Below are positions 49,853 to 57,891 of a DNA stretch of 64,000 bases, piece by piece. Positions within the stretch are counted from its first letter, which is position 1. The number at the start of each line of letters is the position of its first letter. The translations under genes and the position numbers were made by a program. The stretch comes from a virus. Location of the stretch: the IMG/VR virus record IMGVR_UViG_3300037089_000506; one strand, 5' to 3'. A model generated the notes under the pieces. It did not search any database and had not been told where the DNA came from. It worked only from the letters and a program-made list of their open reading frames with translations.

Positions 49853-49968
49853 TTGTGATATCATAATGAAATGTGATGTATGCTATTGGCGTAATAAATA
49901 TCAAAAGTATGAAAAGTATACTATTGAGGATATTGATAGAGCCTTAGAAACCTTATTAGAAAGGAGCG

Positions 49969-50409
49969 ATGCCCATGAACAGCGAACTGGATGCTAAACT
50001 ATGTGCTGATTTTCCAGAAATATTTATTCAACGTAATATGGACATGCAGGAAACCTGTATGTGCTGGGGATTCGAATGTCAAGGTGGCTGGTATCAAATT
50101 ATTCATGATTTATGTGAAGTAATAAAAAATCATATACAGAATGTAAATAGTAATATTGATTATGTCAACAAAAAAGAAAATAAAGAAATACCTCATGTTG
50201 AGTGTCAGGCTACCCAAGTAAAAGAGAAATTTGGTACATTAAGATTTTATACGAATTATGATGATGATTATATTTCTGGTGCTATTAGTATGGCAGAGAA
50301 TGCTTCTACTCATACTTGTGAGGTATGTGGAAAACAAGGTAAATCTAGAGTAAATCATGGTTGGTATTATGTATCCTGTGATGAGCATATACATAAGGAG
50401 GAATCATGA
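49969..50409 (+). CDS. Conserved T4-like-phage hypothetical protein
   Basis: CWGFEC-GGW, QVKEKFGTLRFY, CEVCG; AAGGAG RBS. Confidence 0.75.
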   Translation: MPMNSELDAKLCADFPEIFIQRNMDMQETCMCWGFECQGGWYQIIHDLCEVIKNHIQNVNSNIDYVNKKENKEIPHVECQATQVKEKFGTLRFYTNYDDDYISGAISMAENASTHTCEVCGKQGKSRVNHGWYYVSCDEHIHKEES

Positions 50410-50726
50410 CGAAGACTGAAGCTAAAGAAATAGCATTAGAGATGTGGAGATACTTAAAAGATAACCCAGAACTAGAAGATAAAACTCAAGTTCCTAAAGA
50501 AATGCTTGATAAATTAGATACTATGTATTATTGTGCTTTATGCGAAGTGTTCCCTAAATGTAAAGTTCATTATCCTTTAGTAGGGAATGAAATTAATTGC
50601 CCATTGTATAATTGTATTGATGGTCCTTATATAGAGTGGGTATGTTGTCATACAATAGAAGGTAGAAAAAAGTATGCTACAGAAGTAGTGAAACTTATAG
50701 AAGCATGGGAGGTTACAAATGAATAA
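50406..50726 (+). CDS. Cys-rich hypothetical protein
   Basis: AAGGAGG RBS, ATGA overlap. Confidence 0.65.
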   Translation: MTKTEAKEIALEMWRYLKDNPELEDKTQVPKEMLDKLDTMYYCALCEVFPKCKVHYPLVGNEINCPLYNCIDGPYIEWVCCHTIEGRKKYATEVVKLIEAWEVTNE

Positions 50727-51078
50727 AGAACAGGCTAAAGAGTTATGGCCTATCATTAAGGCATATGCTGAGGGTAAAGAGGTACAAGTAAAGAATAAAG
50801 ATGGAGGGAGTTATATGTATATAGATTCACCTTCTTTTAATCCTGAGTATAACTATAGAATAAAGCCAAAGGATGAATATGTTCCTTTTACTTATGAAGA
50901 TACTCTGGTGGGGGAGATTATACTATCAAAACCAGAGCATAAGCTTCTTATTGCTTCTCAAGACCATAATGGGGTTTATGTTATTTGGGACGGAGGAATA
51001 AGTTGCCTGACATATAAGACGTTGTTGGATTGCCATACTTTTATTGATGGCACTAATTGTGGTAAGAAGGTAGAGTAA
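50719..51078 (+). CDS. Hypothetical protein
   Basis: GGAGG RBS; AYAEGKEVQ...EYNYRIKP. Confidence 0.7.
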   Translation: MNKEQAKELWPIIKAYAEGKEVQVKNKDGGSYMYIDSPSFNPEYNYRIKPKDEYVPFTYEDTLVGEIILSKPEHKLLIASQDHNGVYVIWDGGISCLTYKTLLDCHTFIDGTNCGKKVE

Positions 51079-51618
51079 ATGGTAGTAGTATCCCAGCATC
51101 AGCAAACACGTAAATGGGGATTTAGAATAGTTAATCTTACTGATAGTGAAAATAAGTTTGACACTGTTCAGCGCATTCTATTGGAGGACTTTAGGTTTGC
51201 CTCCCCCCAAGAAGTATTTGAAAATGTAAATATACTAAAACGTTTATTTGAATCTGGTAAAGTGAAAGCAGGTAAAGATGAAAGTGGTATCTATGGATAT
51301 ACTGTGTATAATGATGAAGGGAGAGTAATATTAGGTGAAGGTGGTTGGCAGTCTCCTGATCAGGTTGAAGCTCATATCAATAATATTAAATCTTATATTC
51401 AAGGTGATGTTAAAATGGCCCCTATCCCTGTTAGTAAAACAATGTCAATAACCAAGGGAGAACAGGCCCCTTCTGTTAGATCTATTTATACCGACCCTAA
51501 TACTGATGAAACTAAAGAATATGGTGGTAATACTGCTAATATAGACTTAGAAGCAATAAGGCGACAAGAGAAACTGGATTTAGCTGCTGAGGCTGGTGAT
51601 GAAGGAAAGTGGGAGTAA
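51079..51618 (+). CDS. Tandem DUF1508/YegP-like protein
   Basis: Two similar units; the second, KDESGIYGYTVYNDEGRVILGEGGWQSPDQVEAHINNIK, fits the DUF1508 pattern. Confidence 0.5.
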   Translation: MVVVSQHQQTRKWGFRIVNLTDSENKFDTVQRILLEDFRFASPQEVFENVNILKRLFESGKVKAGKDESGIYGYTVYNDEGRVILGEGGWQSPDQVEAHINNIKSYIQGDVKMAPIPVSKTMSITKGEQAPSVRSIYTDPNTDETKEYGGNTANIDLEAIRRQEKLDLAAEAGDEGKWE

Positions 51619-51621
51619 ATT

Positions 51622-51999
51622 ATGAGTAAAAAAAACACAACTAGAACCACTGTAGGTGGTGATATGATTCAATGCCCCTATTGTCATGCTTATTCTTATC
51701 CTCGATTGTATAAGAACCCAAAGACGGATGAAGAGAAGGAGGCTATTGTATGTGGCTCCTGTTTAGCTAATTTACGACCCTATATCAATGCTATGATGAA
51801 ATATGAGGAGGCAATGAAGAAGGAACAGGAGAAGAAACCTACAGAAGAGAATGCACTTATTATGGACAATGGTGATGGTACTGTTGATGCTTATGTGGAT
51901 TCAGAAAAAGTAGCAGAGAGGGTATTGACAGAAATGCAAGAAGAGAGTATGGTTAAGAATGCCCCCGTAGTGGAGCTAAGCTCAAGTGAAGGAAACTAA
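51622..51999 (+). CDS. Zn-ribbon hypothetical protein
   Basis: CPYC...CGSC. Confidence 0.65.
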   Translation: MSKKNTTRTTVGGDMIQCPYCHAYSYPRLYKNPKTDEEKEAIVCGSCLANLRPYINAMMKYEEAMKKEQEKKPTEENALIMDNGDGTVDAYVDSEKVAERVLTEMQEESMVKNAPVVELSSSEGN

Positions 52000-52276
52000 A
52001 ATGGTTGAAACTAAGTTGTTACTAGAGGATGAGGAACTGGATTTACTGGAGGATATTCTTGATGGATTTTATCTTTCATGCCCCCAGGAGTATTCTCTCA
52101 CAGAGAAGATGAATCTTCAAGCCAAGCTTGAGAAAAAAGAGGTGAAGTTGACTAATGAAGAAATCTTCACAGTATGGAAAGCACTCTCTAATGCTTCTCA
52201 AGTAGAAATTCAGGAAGATAAGTTTGAGAGTTTGAGGGGTAAGTTCGAACAGCTCAATATGATGCTGTCATACTAG
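51986..52276 (+). CDS. Hypothetical acidic protein
   Basis: 96 aa, overlaps the upstream gene. Confidence 0.65.
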   Translation: MKETKMVETKLLLEDEELDLLEDILDGFYLSCPQEYSLTEKMNLQAKLEKKEVKLTNEEIFTVWKALSNASQVEIQEDKFESLRGKFEQLNMMLSY

Positions 52277-52356
52277 CACTAATTATTATATCTGTATTTG
52301 CTCCCTGTTGAATCAGCTTCATTGCCTTCGACAGGGTTATTTTTTAGGGGGGTAAT

Positions 52357-52518
52357 ATGAGAGCTGAGTGTCCATATTGTCATAAGATTGTAGAGCAGAC
52401 AATAACAAAACTGGTAAGTCGTTGTACTGAATGTAATAAGGAGTATTATAGCCCAGAACAGACTAAAGCTATAACAGCATGGAGAGAATATGGAAAACAA
52501 TTAGCAAAAAATGCTTGA
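52357..52518 (+). CDS. Small Zn-ribbon protein (53 aa, not in track)
   Basis: MRAECPYCHKIVEQTITKLVSRCTECNKEYY...; G-rich RBS. Confidence 0.6.
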   Translation: MRAECPYCHKIVEQTITKLVSRCTECNKEYYSPEQTKAITAWREYGKQLAKNA

Positions 52519-52643
52519 CAGTTTAATCAAACTGTAGTAGGTTAAGAGTATGAAAACCTGGAAATTACCTGCGGAGTGTAATAAGAATTTGCTGTGTTAT
52601 AAAGCAGAGCTTTGTGAGCTTTGTAATAAAGCAAAAAAGGCAT

Positions 52644-52946
52644 ATGAATCTAAGAAGGAGAAAAGAAATAAATCTGTATAGGATTTCACAGACTGTACAA
52701 AGCGGGTTTGATACTTATTCTGATGCAATAGTAGCAGCAGATTCCTCTGAAGATGCTGCTTTGATTCACCCTAATTCTCATTATAGATTTTTTAGAGGAT
52801 GGCCTATAGCAAATACTTCTGAGTGGGGGGAAGCGCCTGAACGTGGGTGGGTGGATAATCCTGATCAAGTTAAAGTAGAATTTATTGGTGTGGCTTTACC
52901 TACTATAGAAAAGGGAGTCATTTGTGCTTCCTTTCATGCTGGATGA
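52644..52946 (+). CDS. Conserved phage hypothetical protein
   Basis: NLYRISQ...GFDTYSDAIVAADSSEDAALIHP...KGVICASFHAG; exact start uncertain. Confidence 0.65.
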   Translation: MNLRRRKEINLYRISQTVQSGFDTYSDAIVAADSSEDAALIHPNSHYRFFRGWPIANTSEWGEAPERGWVDNPDQVKVEFIGVALPTIEKGVICASFHAG

Positions 52947-52962
52947 AAATATTTTTTAGGTG

Positions 52963-52991
52963 TTGACAAACTGAAAAAGAAGTAGTATAGT
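52963..52991 (+). promoter_or_regulatory. Sigma70 promoter for the large ncRNA
   Basis: TTGACA 52963-52968, 17 nt, TATAGT 52986-52991. Confidence 0.88.
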
Positions 52992-52997
52992 GTGAGT

Positions 52998-53677
52998 ATG
53001 AGGTTGAGAGCATAAGCCTAACTTCATAAAGTCTTTGACATACTAGGGATGGGGAATAAGGATGCAGGAAAAGTCCAGATACGTAGTGTTTGGAACCTAG
53101 CTGTAAGGTATGCACCAGTCTTCGACAATGATACAGCCATCCTTTTTATAGTGGGATTGCAGCCACCCCCAGTGATACTATCCGATACAGTAGGGTAGTG
53201 GAGGGGAAATAGCACGTTGAGCCTACGAGTAACGTAAAAGAAAGGCATTGAATGTGATTAGTCCTAACGAGGTTACGTAGATTCTATAGCAGAGAAGTGG
53301 GAAACCCATGGAGTTATAGAGGAGTTCCAGTTAGGACGGTCAGTGTGAATTAAAGTTCACACTCCGCTAAACCCAGAGGGGTGTCTGTCGGGCAATACAG
53401 TTAAAACCTCGTGGTGGGTAGCTTTCGGGCTGGTAAATCATAAGCCCACCAAATTAGGTGTAATGAATACCTGTAAATCTTATGACTGGTGATTCAAGTC
53501 ATAAGGGAAAATTCATATGTTCTTCTGAGGCATCATACTCCATAGATACTTCCAGTCCTATCGTGTATGTAGATGCCAACATGAAGTAATCCCTTAGGGT
53601 GGAGCTTAGGCTTTAGGTCAAAAGGGGGAATAGCCATGCTTGTCAGGTGAATACCCAAACCCTAGTATTTCTATTTT
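52998..53677 (+). ncRNA. GOLLD-like large structured RNA
   Basis: ~680 nt without a sense ORF. Closing stem TACTAGGG (53041-53048) / CCCTAGTA (53660-53667). Motif series GATGGGGAATA, CCTAGCT, TGCACC, TAGGGTAGTGGAGGG, AAAGAAAGGCATTGAA, ACGAGGTT, AAAACCTCGTGGTG, TGGTAAAT, GGGTGGAGC, ATAGCCATG matches my recollection of GOLLD; next to tRNAs. Confidence 0.75.
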
Positions 53678-53753
53678 AGAGGGATAGCTTAAGGTTAGAG
53701 CAGGAAATCTATTAAGGTTTCTGTGTTGAAGGTATCGAATCCTTCTCCCTCTG
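53678..53753 (+). tRNA. Atypical tRNA-like gene (probably Asn-derived; 10-nt anticodon loop, 8-nt T loop)
   Basis: Acceptor AGAGGGA/TCCCTCT, D stem GCTT/GAGC, stem GGAAA/TTTCT around TCTATTAAGG, T arm GAAGG-TATCGAAT-CCTTC, discriminator G. Confidence 0.55.
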
Positions 53754-53785
53754 TACTTTCTGAACCATCAACACACTAATTGTAT

Positions 53786-54505
53786 ATGAAACAGAAATAC
53801 TACCTTTATCAAATAAAATGTCTAATAAATGGGAAAATTTATGTGGGGGTGCATAGAACCTATAATCTTGATGATGACTATATGGGTTCAGGTACAAAAC
53901 TTTTAGGAGACATGACAGTTTTAGGAAAAAAGAATTTTGAGAGAACCATTCTAAAGTTCTTTGATTCTGAGGAAGAGATGTATAAAGAAGAAGCCCTTAT
54001 TGTAAATAAGGTGTTCATACAGAAAGAAGAAACCTATAATATTGTACCGGGAGGAAGAGGCGGTTCAACTCAGCTTACAGAATTGTCGAGAACAGACCAA
54101 GCCCGAAGTAAGAAAAGGGAAACATTAAGAAGAAGAAAGCATCAGCAAGGTACTAAAAATAGTAGGTATGGAACAATGTGGATTACTAATGGAATAGAAA
54201 ACAAATCAGTTAGTAGAATTAATGATATTCCTGAAGGCTGGAAAAAGGGAAGAGCTATATCCTATAATAGAGAATACAGAAGAGGGGAAGCAGCAGTAAA
54301 TTATGGAACAATGTGGGTTAACAATGGTAAGGAATCTAAACAAATAGAAAGTAATAAACCCATACCTGAAGGGTGGAAAAGAGGATTACTAATATCTTTA
54401 GAAAAACTTAATTCACAAAAAATGTGGATTACAAATGGTATTGAAAGTAAATTTGTATATAAAGAATCTCTAATACCTAATAATTGGAGGAGGGGAAGAA
54501 AATAA
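53786..54505 (+). CDS. GIY-YIG homing endonuclease (SegB-like location in tRNA cluster)
   Basis: YYLYQIKCLINGKIYVGVH, YMGSG, EE motif; three MW(I/V)(T/N)NG...IPxxW(K/R)xG repeats; ACTAATTG 3 nt before ATG. Confidence 0.88.
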   Translation: MKQKYYLYQIKCLINGKIYVGVHRTYNLDDDYMGSGTKLLGDMTVLGKKNFERTILKFFDSEEEMYKEEALIVNKVFIQKEETYNIVPGGRGGSTQLTELSRTDQARSKKRETLRRRKHQQGTKNSRYGTMWITNGIENKSVSRINDIPEGWKKGRAISYNREYRRGEAAVNYGTMWVNNGKESKQIESNKPIPEGWKRGLLISLEKLNSQKMWITNGIESKFVYKESLIPNNWRRGRK

Positions 54506-54508
54506 CGT

Positions 54509-54580
54509 TGCAGGATAAACCAATGGTTGGTTGCTACCCTCATAAGGTCGATGGTGTGGGTTCGAGTCCCACTCCTGCTA
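54509..54580 (+). tRNA. tRNA-Met/Ile2 (CAT)
   Basis: TGCAGGA/TCCTGCT, D AACC/GGTT, loop CTCATAA, T arm GTGGG-TTCGAGT-CCCAC. Confidence 0.8.
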
Positions 54581-55135
54581 ATAGGTTGATAGTAAAGCCT
54601 TAAAAACTATCATGTGGCTATAACAATTAAGTGAACTTAACAAAAGTCAAGGAGGATAAGACGATGCCGCCGGGTAAGTAAGAACCCTACTCCAACTATC
54701 ATTATAGTGGGTAGGTTATTGTTAAAACTTGTTTGAGTGTGTTGATGTTTAGATAGATAGGGTAATGTCAATAGGAAGAGTATACACTTCAAGCACCATT
54801 ACCTTTTATAATTATGGAGGGTACCAAAATGACTTATTACCTCCTGTAATGGGAGGATGTAAAAGTATGAACGTTCAGGCCAGGAGATTGATGCGAAAGC
54901 CACCCTGGCCTTTTATTTTATGATGGTTCGTTTTATGTTTTATTCGCCCTATGTGCTAAAACCTGAAGGAATACCTTCAGTACCTACCTATCGAGGTTCA
55001 TAGCAGCCCTAAATTAGGGTAACGGGATAGGATAGGGTACATGCCATCAGGAGGGAGGGTCTCCCATCAATTCTTATAAAGTTGTGATTCTTCGCTCATA
55101 CCGAAGTGATGGTAGTTTTATTATAAGGAGTGAAT

Positions 55136-55603
55136 ATGGGTATTATACCAGAAGGTCAATCAGAACCAATGTCGGAAGACATGGCAAAATCTCTTTTAGG
55201 AATTACGATGCTAGAAATGCAGGATAAGAATTTCAAAACTGCTACAGAGATTCTATCAGACATGACAGAACGAGCAGAGAATTCTGAGGATATGCAAGCT
55301 TTATTTCCTTTTCAGGTGATACAAAATAGAATTGAAATTTTTGGTTATGATATGAAATTTACTATTCCTGCTTTTCTCTCTTTTGGGGTATTTCCTGATA
55401 GAGTAGGAGCAGTGGTAGTTATGCTTATTGATATTCTAGAAACCCTTGGTGAAGGGAATATAACCTTAAATGATATAGCAGAGAAGTTATATCCCTATGG
55501 CTTCTATAATGAAGCAGGGTTAGAAAAGAGAATAGATGAAATTAAAATTGACAAAAAACTTCCTGCTGAAGAGATGAAATCCAAGTATAATAACTTGTAT
55601 TGA
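55136..55603 (+). CDS. Hypothetical protein
   Basis: AAGGAG RBS. Confidence 0.7.
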   Translation: MGIIPEGQSEPMSEDMAKSLLGITMLEMQDKNFKTATEILSDMTERAENSEDMQALFPFQVIQNRIEIFGYDMKFTIPAFLSFGVFPDRVGAVVVMLIDILETLGEGNITLNDIAEKLYPYGFYNEAGLEKRIDEIKIDKKLPAEEMKSKYNNLY

Positions 55604-55709
55604 TGGGTAAATAAAAAGCAAAGAAAAAAGTTAGGATATCTATAGTAATTCTTGACATTCTTTAGATTATATTGTATCTTATTCAAATCTTAATTCTAAG
55701 GAGCCTAAA

Positions 55710-56069
55710 ATGGCGCTTGTGTATAGGGTTGAAAATAAAGCACATATTGGGCCATATCGGAATGAGTATTACCCTAGTATTATGAAATATGTTTCTAAGC
55801 GTCATACTGACAATAACCATCCTTGTCCAATAGAAGATGAAGATATAAATCGACGAATGGATGAAGAAGAGAGATGTGGATTCAAAGATTTGAATCAATT
55901 TCGTTCTTGGTTCAATTTGAGGGATAGAAAACTTCTTCATACTATGGGGTTTATTCTTACTATTTATGAGGCTAAAGATATTGTTTATGGTAGATATCAA
56001 ATTTTATTTAATAAAAATACTGCATATAAGATAATGGAATATTCACTTTTAACCAGAAAAAGAACTTGA
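55710..56069 (+). CDS. Conserved phage hypothetical protein
   Basis: AAGGAG RBS; VYRVEN...GPY...HPCP...CGFKDLNQFRSWF; promoter TTGACA 55652 / TATCTT 55675. Confidence 0.75.
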   Translation: MALVYRVENKAHIGPYRNEYYPSIMKYVSKRHTDNNHPCPIEDEDINRRMDEEERCGFKDLNQFRSWFNLRDRKLLHTMGFILTIYEAKDIVYGRYQILFNKNTAYKIMEYSLLTRKRT

Positions 56070-56102
56070 CTATTTGACAGGAACATGTTATGTTCCTATT
56101 AT
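56066..56102 (+). promoter_or_regulatory. Two staggered sigma70 promoters overlapped by an inverted repeat
   Basis: TTGACT 56066 / TATGTT 56089 and TTGACA 56074 / TATTAT 56097 (17 nt each); AGGAACA-N5-TGTTCCT across the spacers. Confidence 0.7.
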
Positions 56103-56123
56103 CACTTGTTGAAGGAGACATGA

Positions 56124-56324
56124 ATGGCGAATGAGGTTAAGAATCGCTCGTGCCGAGTGAAGGGAGTAGGAAAGAATTCCGGCAGGTCCATCTCGGCGGA
56201 AAATCCTTCGGGGCTTCGTAGGAAGTCTGGTGGGCTAGAGCTTGCTCCTAAGTCTTTGCGGAGATTAGGCAGAAAGTTCATGACGGACTGTAATCAGGAG
56301 GAATTGGCAAAGATTGGATTGTAA
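56124..56324 (+). CDS. Small basic protein (66 aa)
   Basis: GAAGGAG RBS, downstream of the tandem promoters; Arg/Lys/Gly/Ser-rich. Confidence 0.65.
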   Translation: MANEVKNRSCRVKGVGKNSGRSISAENPSGLRRKSGGLELAPKSLRRLGRKFMTDCNQEELAKIGL

Positions 56325-56506
56325 ATCTATTAGGCAGTGGGCTTGGAAGTGGCCAGCTTTAATAAGTGGGACAGTAGGCTCTGGTTAGCATCCTGTAACG
56401 GGAAAGGGACCAGATGACTGGATATGGGCGCAACCAGCATCGAGTCGGGGAACGACAACGACTGGGCGCAACTTCCCTTTGGTGTAGTAACATACCTAAT
56501 AGATTT
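56323..56506 (+). ncRNA. 23S rRNA GTPase-associated-centre (H42-H44) mimic with ~110-nt insertion
   Basis: 12-bp closing stem AAATCTATTAGG/CCTAATAGATTT; GGCTTGGAAGTGGCCAGCTTTAA parallels GGCUUAGAAGCAGCCAUCAUUUAA; GGTGTAGTAACATA parallels AGCGUAAUAGCUCA. Confidence 0.7.
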
Positions 56507-56590
56507 TTATTTTTGAGGTCTTCGTAGCTAGTTCTGGACAAGCTAGTGAGGTTCCCTCAGTCCAACAAAGAACCACATAATGTCCTTCAG

Positions 56591-56704
56591 GCCATCGTGG
56601 TGGAAATGGAAATACACTGGGGACTTAACGAGGGTTTTCCTCTAGAGAATCTTGGTTAATCCCCCGCCTTTAATGGATTGAGGGTTCGACTCCCTCTGAT
56701 GGCA
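56591..56704 (+). tRNA. tRNA-Leu(TAA) with 29-nt insert after position 36
   Basis: GCCATCG/TGATGGC, GGGGA-CT-TAA-[56629-56657]-AA-TCCCC, long variable arm, GAGGG-TTCGACT-CCCTC. Confidence 0.85.
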
Positions 56705-56758
56705 GACAAATAAGACTGAGAGGAAATTATAAGAGATGTTTGGAACTAAAATCAATTT

Positions 56759-56831
56759 GGCTTCCTAGCCCAAAGGCAGAGGCAATAGTTTCAAAAACTA
56801 TAAAGTTTGAGTTCGAGTCTCAGGGAAGCTA
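56759..56831 (+). tRNA. tRNA-Leu(CAA), short variable arm
   Basis: GGCTTCC/GGAAGCT, ATAGT-TTCAAAA-ACTAT, TTGAG-TTCGAGT-CTCAG. Confidence 0.85.
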
Positions 56832-57209
56832 ATAGTGGCAAGAGCAATACCTGAAGCTCGTTATAAACCACAATATTATATATAAACAGAGGGTTAGAGG
56901 TAGCGAGAGTAGCTTGGTAGCTGCCTTGAAAAAGTATAAAATAGAGCTTGTTCATCAAAATTCTTAGTCTGCTATAAACAGGAGAGCAGTTGAAAAGTAG
57001 ACGATGATGGATACATCAAAGCCATCTGAGGGTTAGAGTGTTAGCCCAAAAGCCTAGCAATAGGATACAATAGTATAACCTCCATCGTGATACGTGGGAC
57101 TGCCTAGATGCTCGCTAGGAGGAAGGAACTATAAAATCGGGGAGTATCACGTAACTACCTTGAATGACAGCAACAGAGGTAGAAGGTGTACGAGAACCAC
57201 CTTATTTTT

Positions 57210-57280
57210 GGTTCCTTAGAATAGAGGAAGTTCGTAAGATTCTCAATCTTAAAGCAGCAGTTCAATTCTGCTAGGAACTA
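57210..57280 (+). tRNA. tRNA-Glu(CTC)
   Basis: GGTTCCT/AGGAACT, TAAGA-TTCTCAA-TCTTA, AGCAG-TTCAATT-CTGCT. Confidence 0.8.
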
Positions 57281-57285
57281 TTCAA

Positions 57286-57358
57286 GGTCCCGTAGGCGAG
57301 CGGCTAAGCCATCAGCCTTTCACGCTGAGGATCGTCGGTTCAAATCCGTCCGGGACTA
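57286..57358 (+). tRNA. tRNA-Glu(TTC)
   Basis: GGTCCCG/CGGGACT, TCAGC-CTTTCAC-GCTGA, GTCGG-TTCAAAT-CCGTC. Confidence 0.92.
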
Positions 57359-57488
57359 GTAAATCCTATCCTATGGTGTAGCTACTCAGGATAGGTTGAG
57401 ATAAACCTAACAGACGGTGCATGGGAGTATCAATATTAAGGGTTGTCATAATTAGAAATGAAGTGAGCACCTACTGAAGATGACCCTA

Positions 57489-57517
57489 TTGACTTTTTAG
57501 GAAAAGAGCAGTATAGT
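57489..57517 (+). promoter_or_regulatory. Sigma70 promoter
   Basis: TTGACT 57489-57494, 17 nt, TATAGT 57512-57517. Confidence 0.85.
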
Positions 57518-57523
57518 ATTAGT

Positions 57524-57771
57524 AAGAAGGGACCGGGAGTAGCAGAAAAGTAGTCGATGGTGTCCTGTAAAAAAGATGAGGTGCAAGGGCAAAACCTGCC
57601 ATGGGTAGCGCTAGACTAATCAGGATAGCTTCCTGATGAATGCCCAATAGTTCTTATAAACCAGGAATTAGACGAAAAAGTATGCTAGATGAGGGCAGAG
57701 ACAAACAAGTAATGGTGGTTTGTTTCATAGTGGTGAAAAACCTTAGCGGGTTTTAATCCCCTTCTTTTTTT
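57524..57771 (+). ncRNA. Unassigned ~245-nt structured RNA
   Basis: Begins 6 nt after the -10 box; ends pair AAGAAGGG (57524-57531) / CCCTTCTT (57759-57766), then a T run; internal hairpins; no ORF. Confidence 0.6.
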
Positions 57772-57844
57772 AGGGACGTAGTTTAGTGGAGAACTACAAA
57801 GGCTAAACCCGGAGTAGGTGTTGGAACAAAACCAACCGTTCCTG
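57772..57844 (+). tRNA. Degenerate tRNA-like element
   Basis: Acceptor AGGGACG/CGTTCCT and D arm GTTT-AGTGGA-GAAC intact; T loop replaced by AACAAAA; anticodon arm irregular. Confidence 0.5.
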
Positions 57845-57891
57845 TAAGGAATCCATGTTATCAAAGCATGGAGGATAGTAGGAGTAGAGAA

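Noticed and set aside
547-51999. Many short antisense or out-of-frame ORFs in the track (e.g. 547-756, 1534-1917, 2944-3231, 4059-4337, 8683-9144, 12515-12790, 16943-17245, 34688-34951)
   Set aside because: They are shadows of longer genes with recognisable motifs and lack RBSs.
53064-53076. RNase P P4-like GCAGGAAAAGTCC
   Set aside because: No matching 3' P4 strand; the surrounding motifs fit GOLLD better.
53704-53723. Ochre suppressor reading of the 53678 tRNA (TTA in loop), linked to the TAA at 3376
   Set aside because: TTA is not preceded by U33, the stems do not centre it, and TAA is the dominant stop codon here, so suppression would be costly.
57188-57195. Sarcin-ricin loop mimic GTACGAGA
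   Set aside because: Lacks the closing C-G pair and the flanking AGUA/GAA motif; an 8-mer match could be chance.
57587-57596. c-di-GMP-I riboswitch-like GGGCAAAACC
   Set aside because: The downstream GACGCAAAGC and P3 elements are absent.
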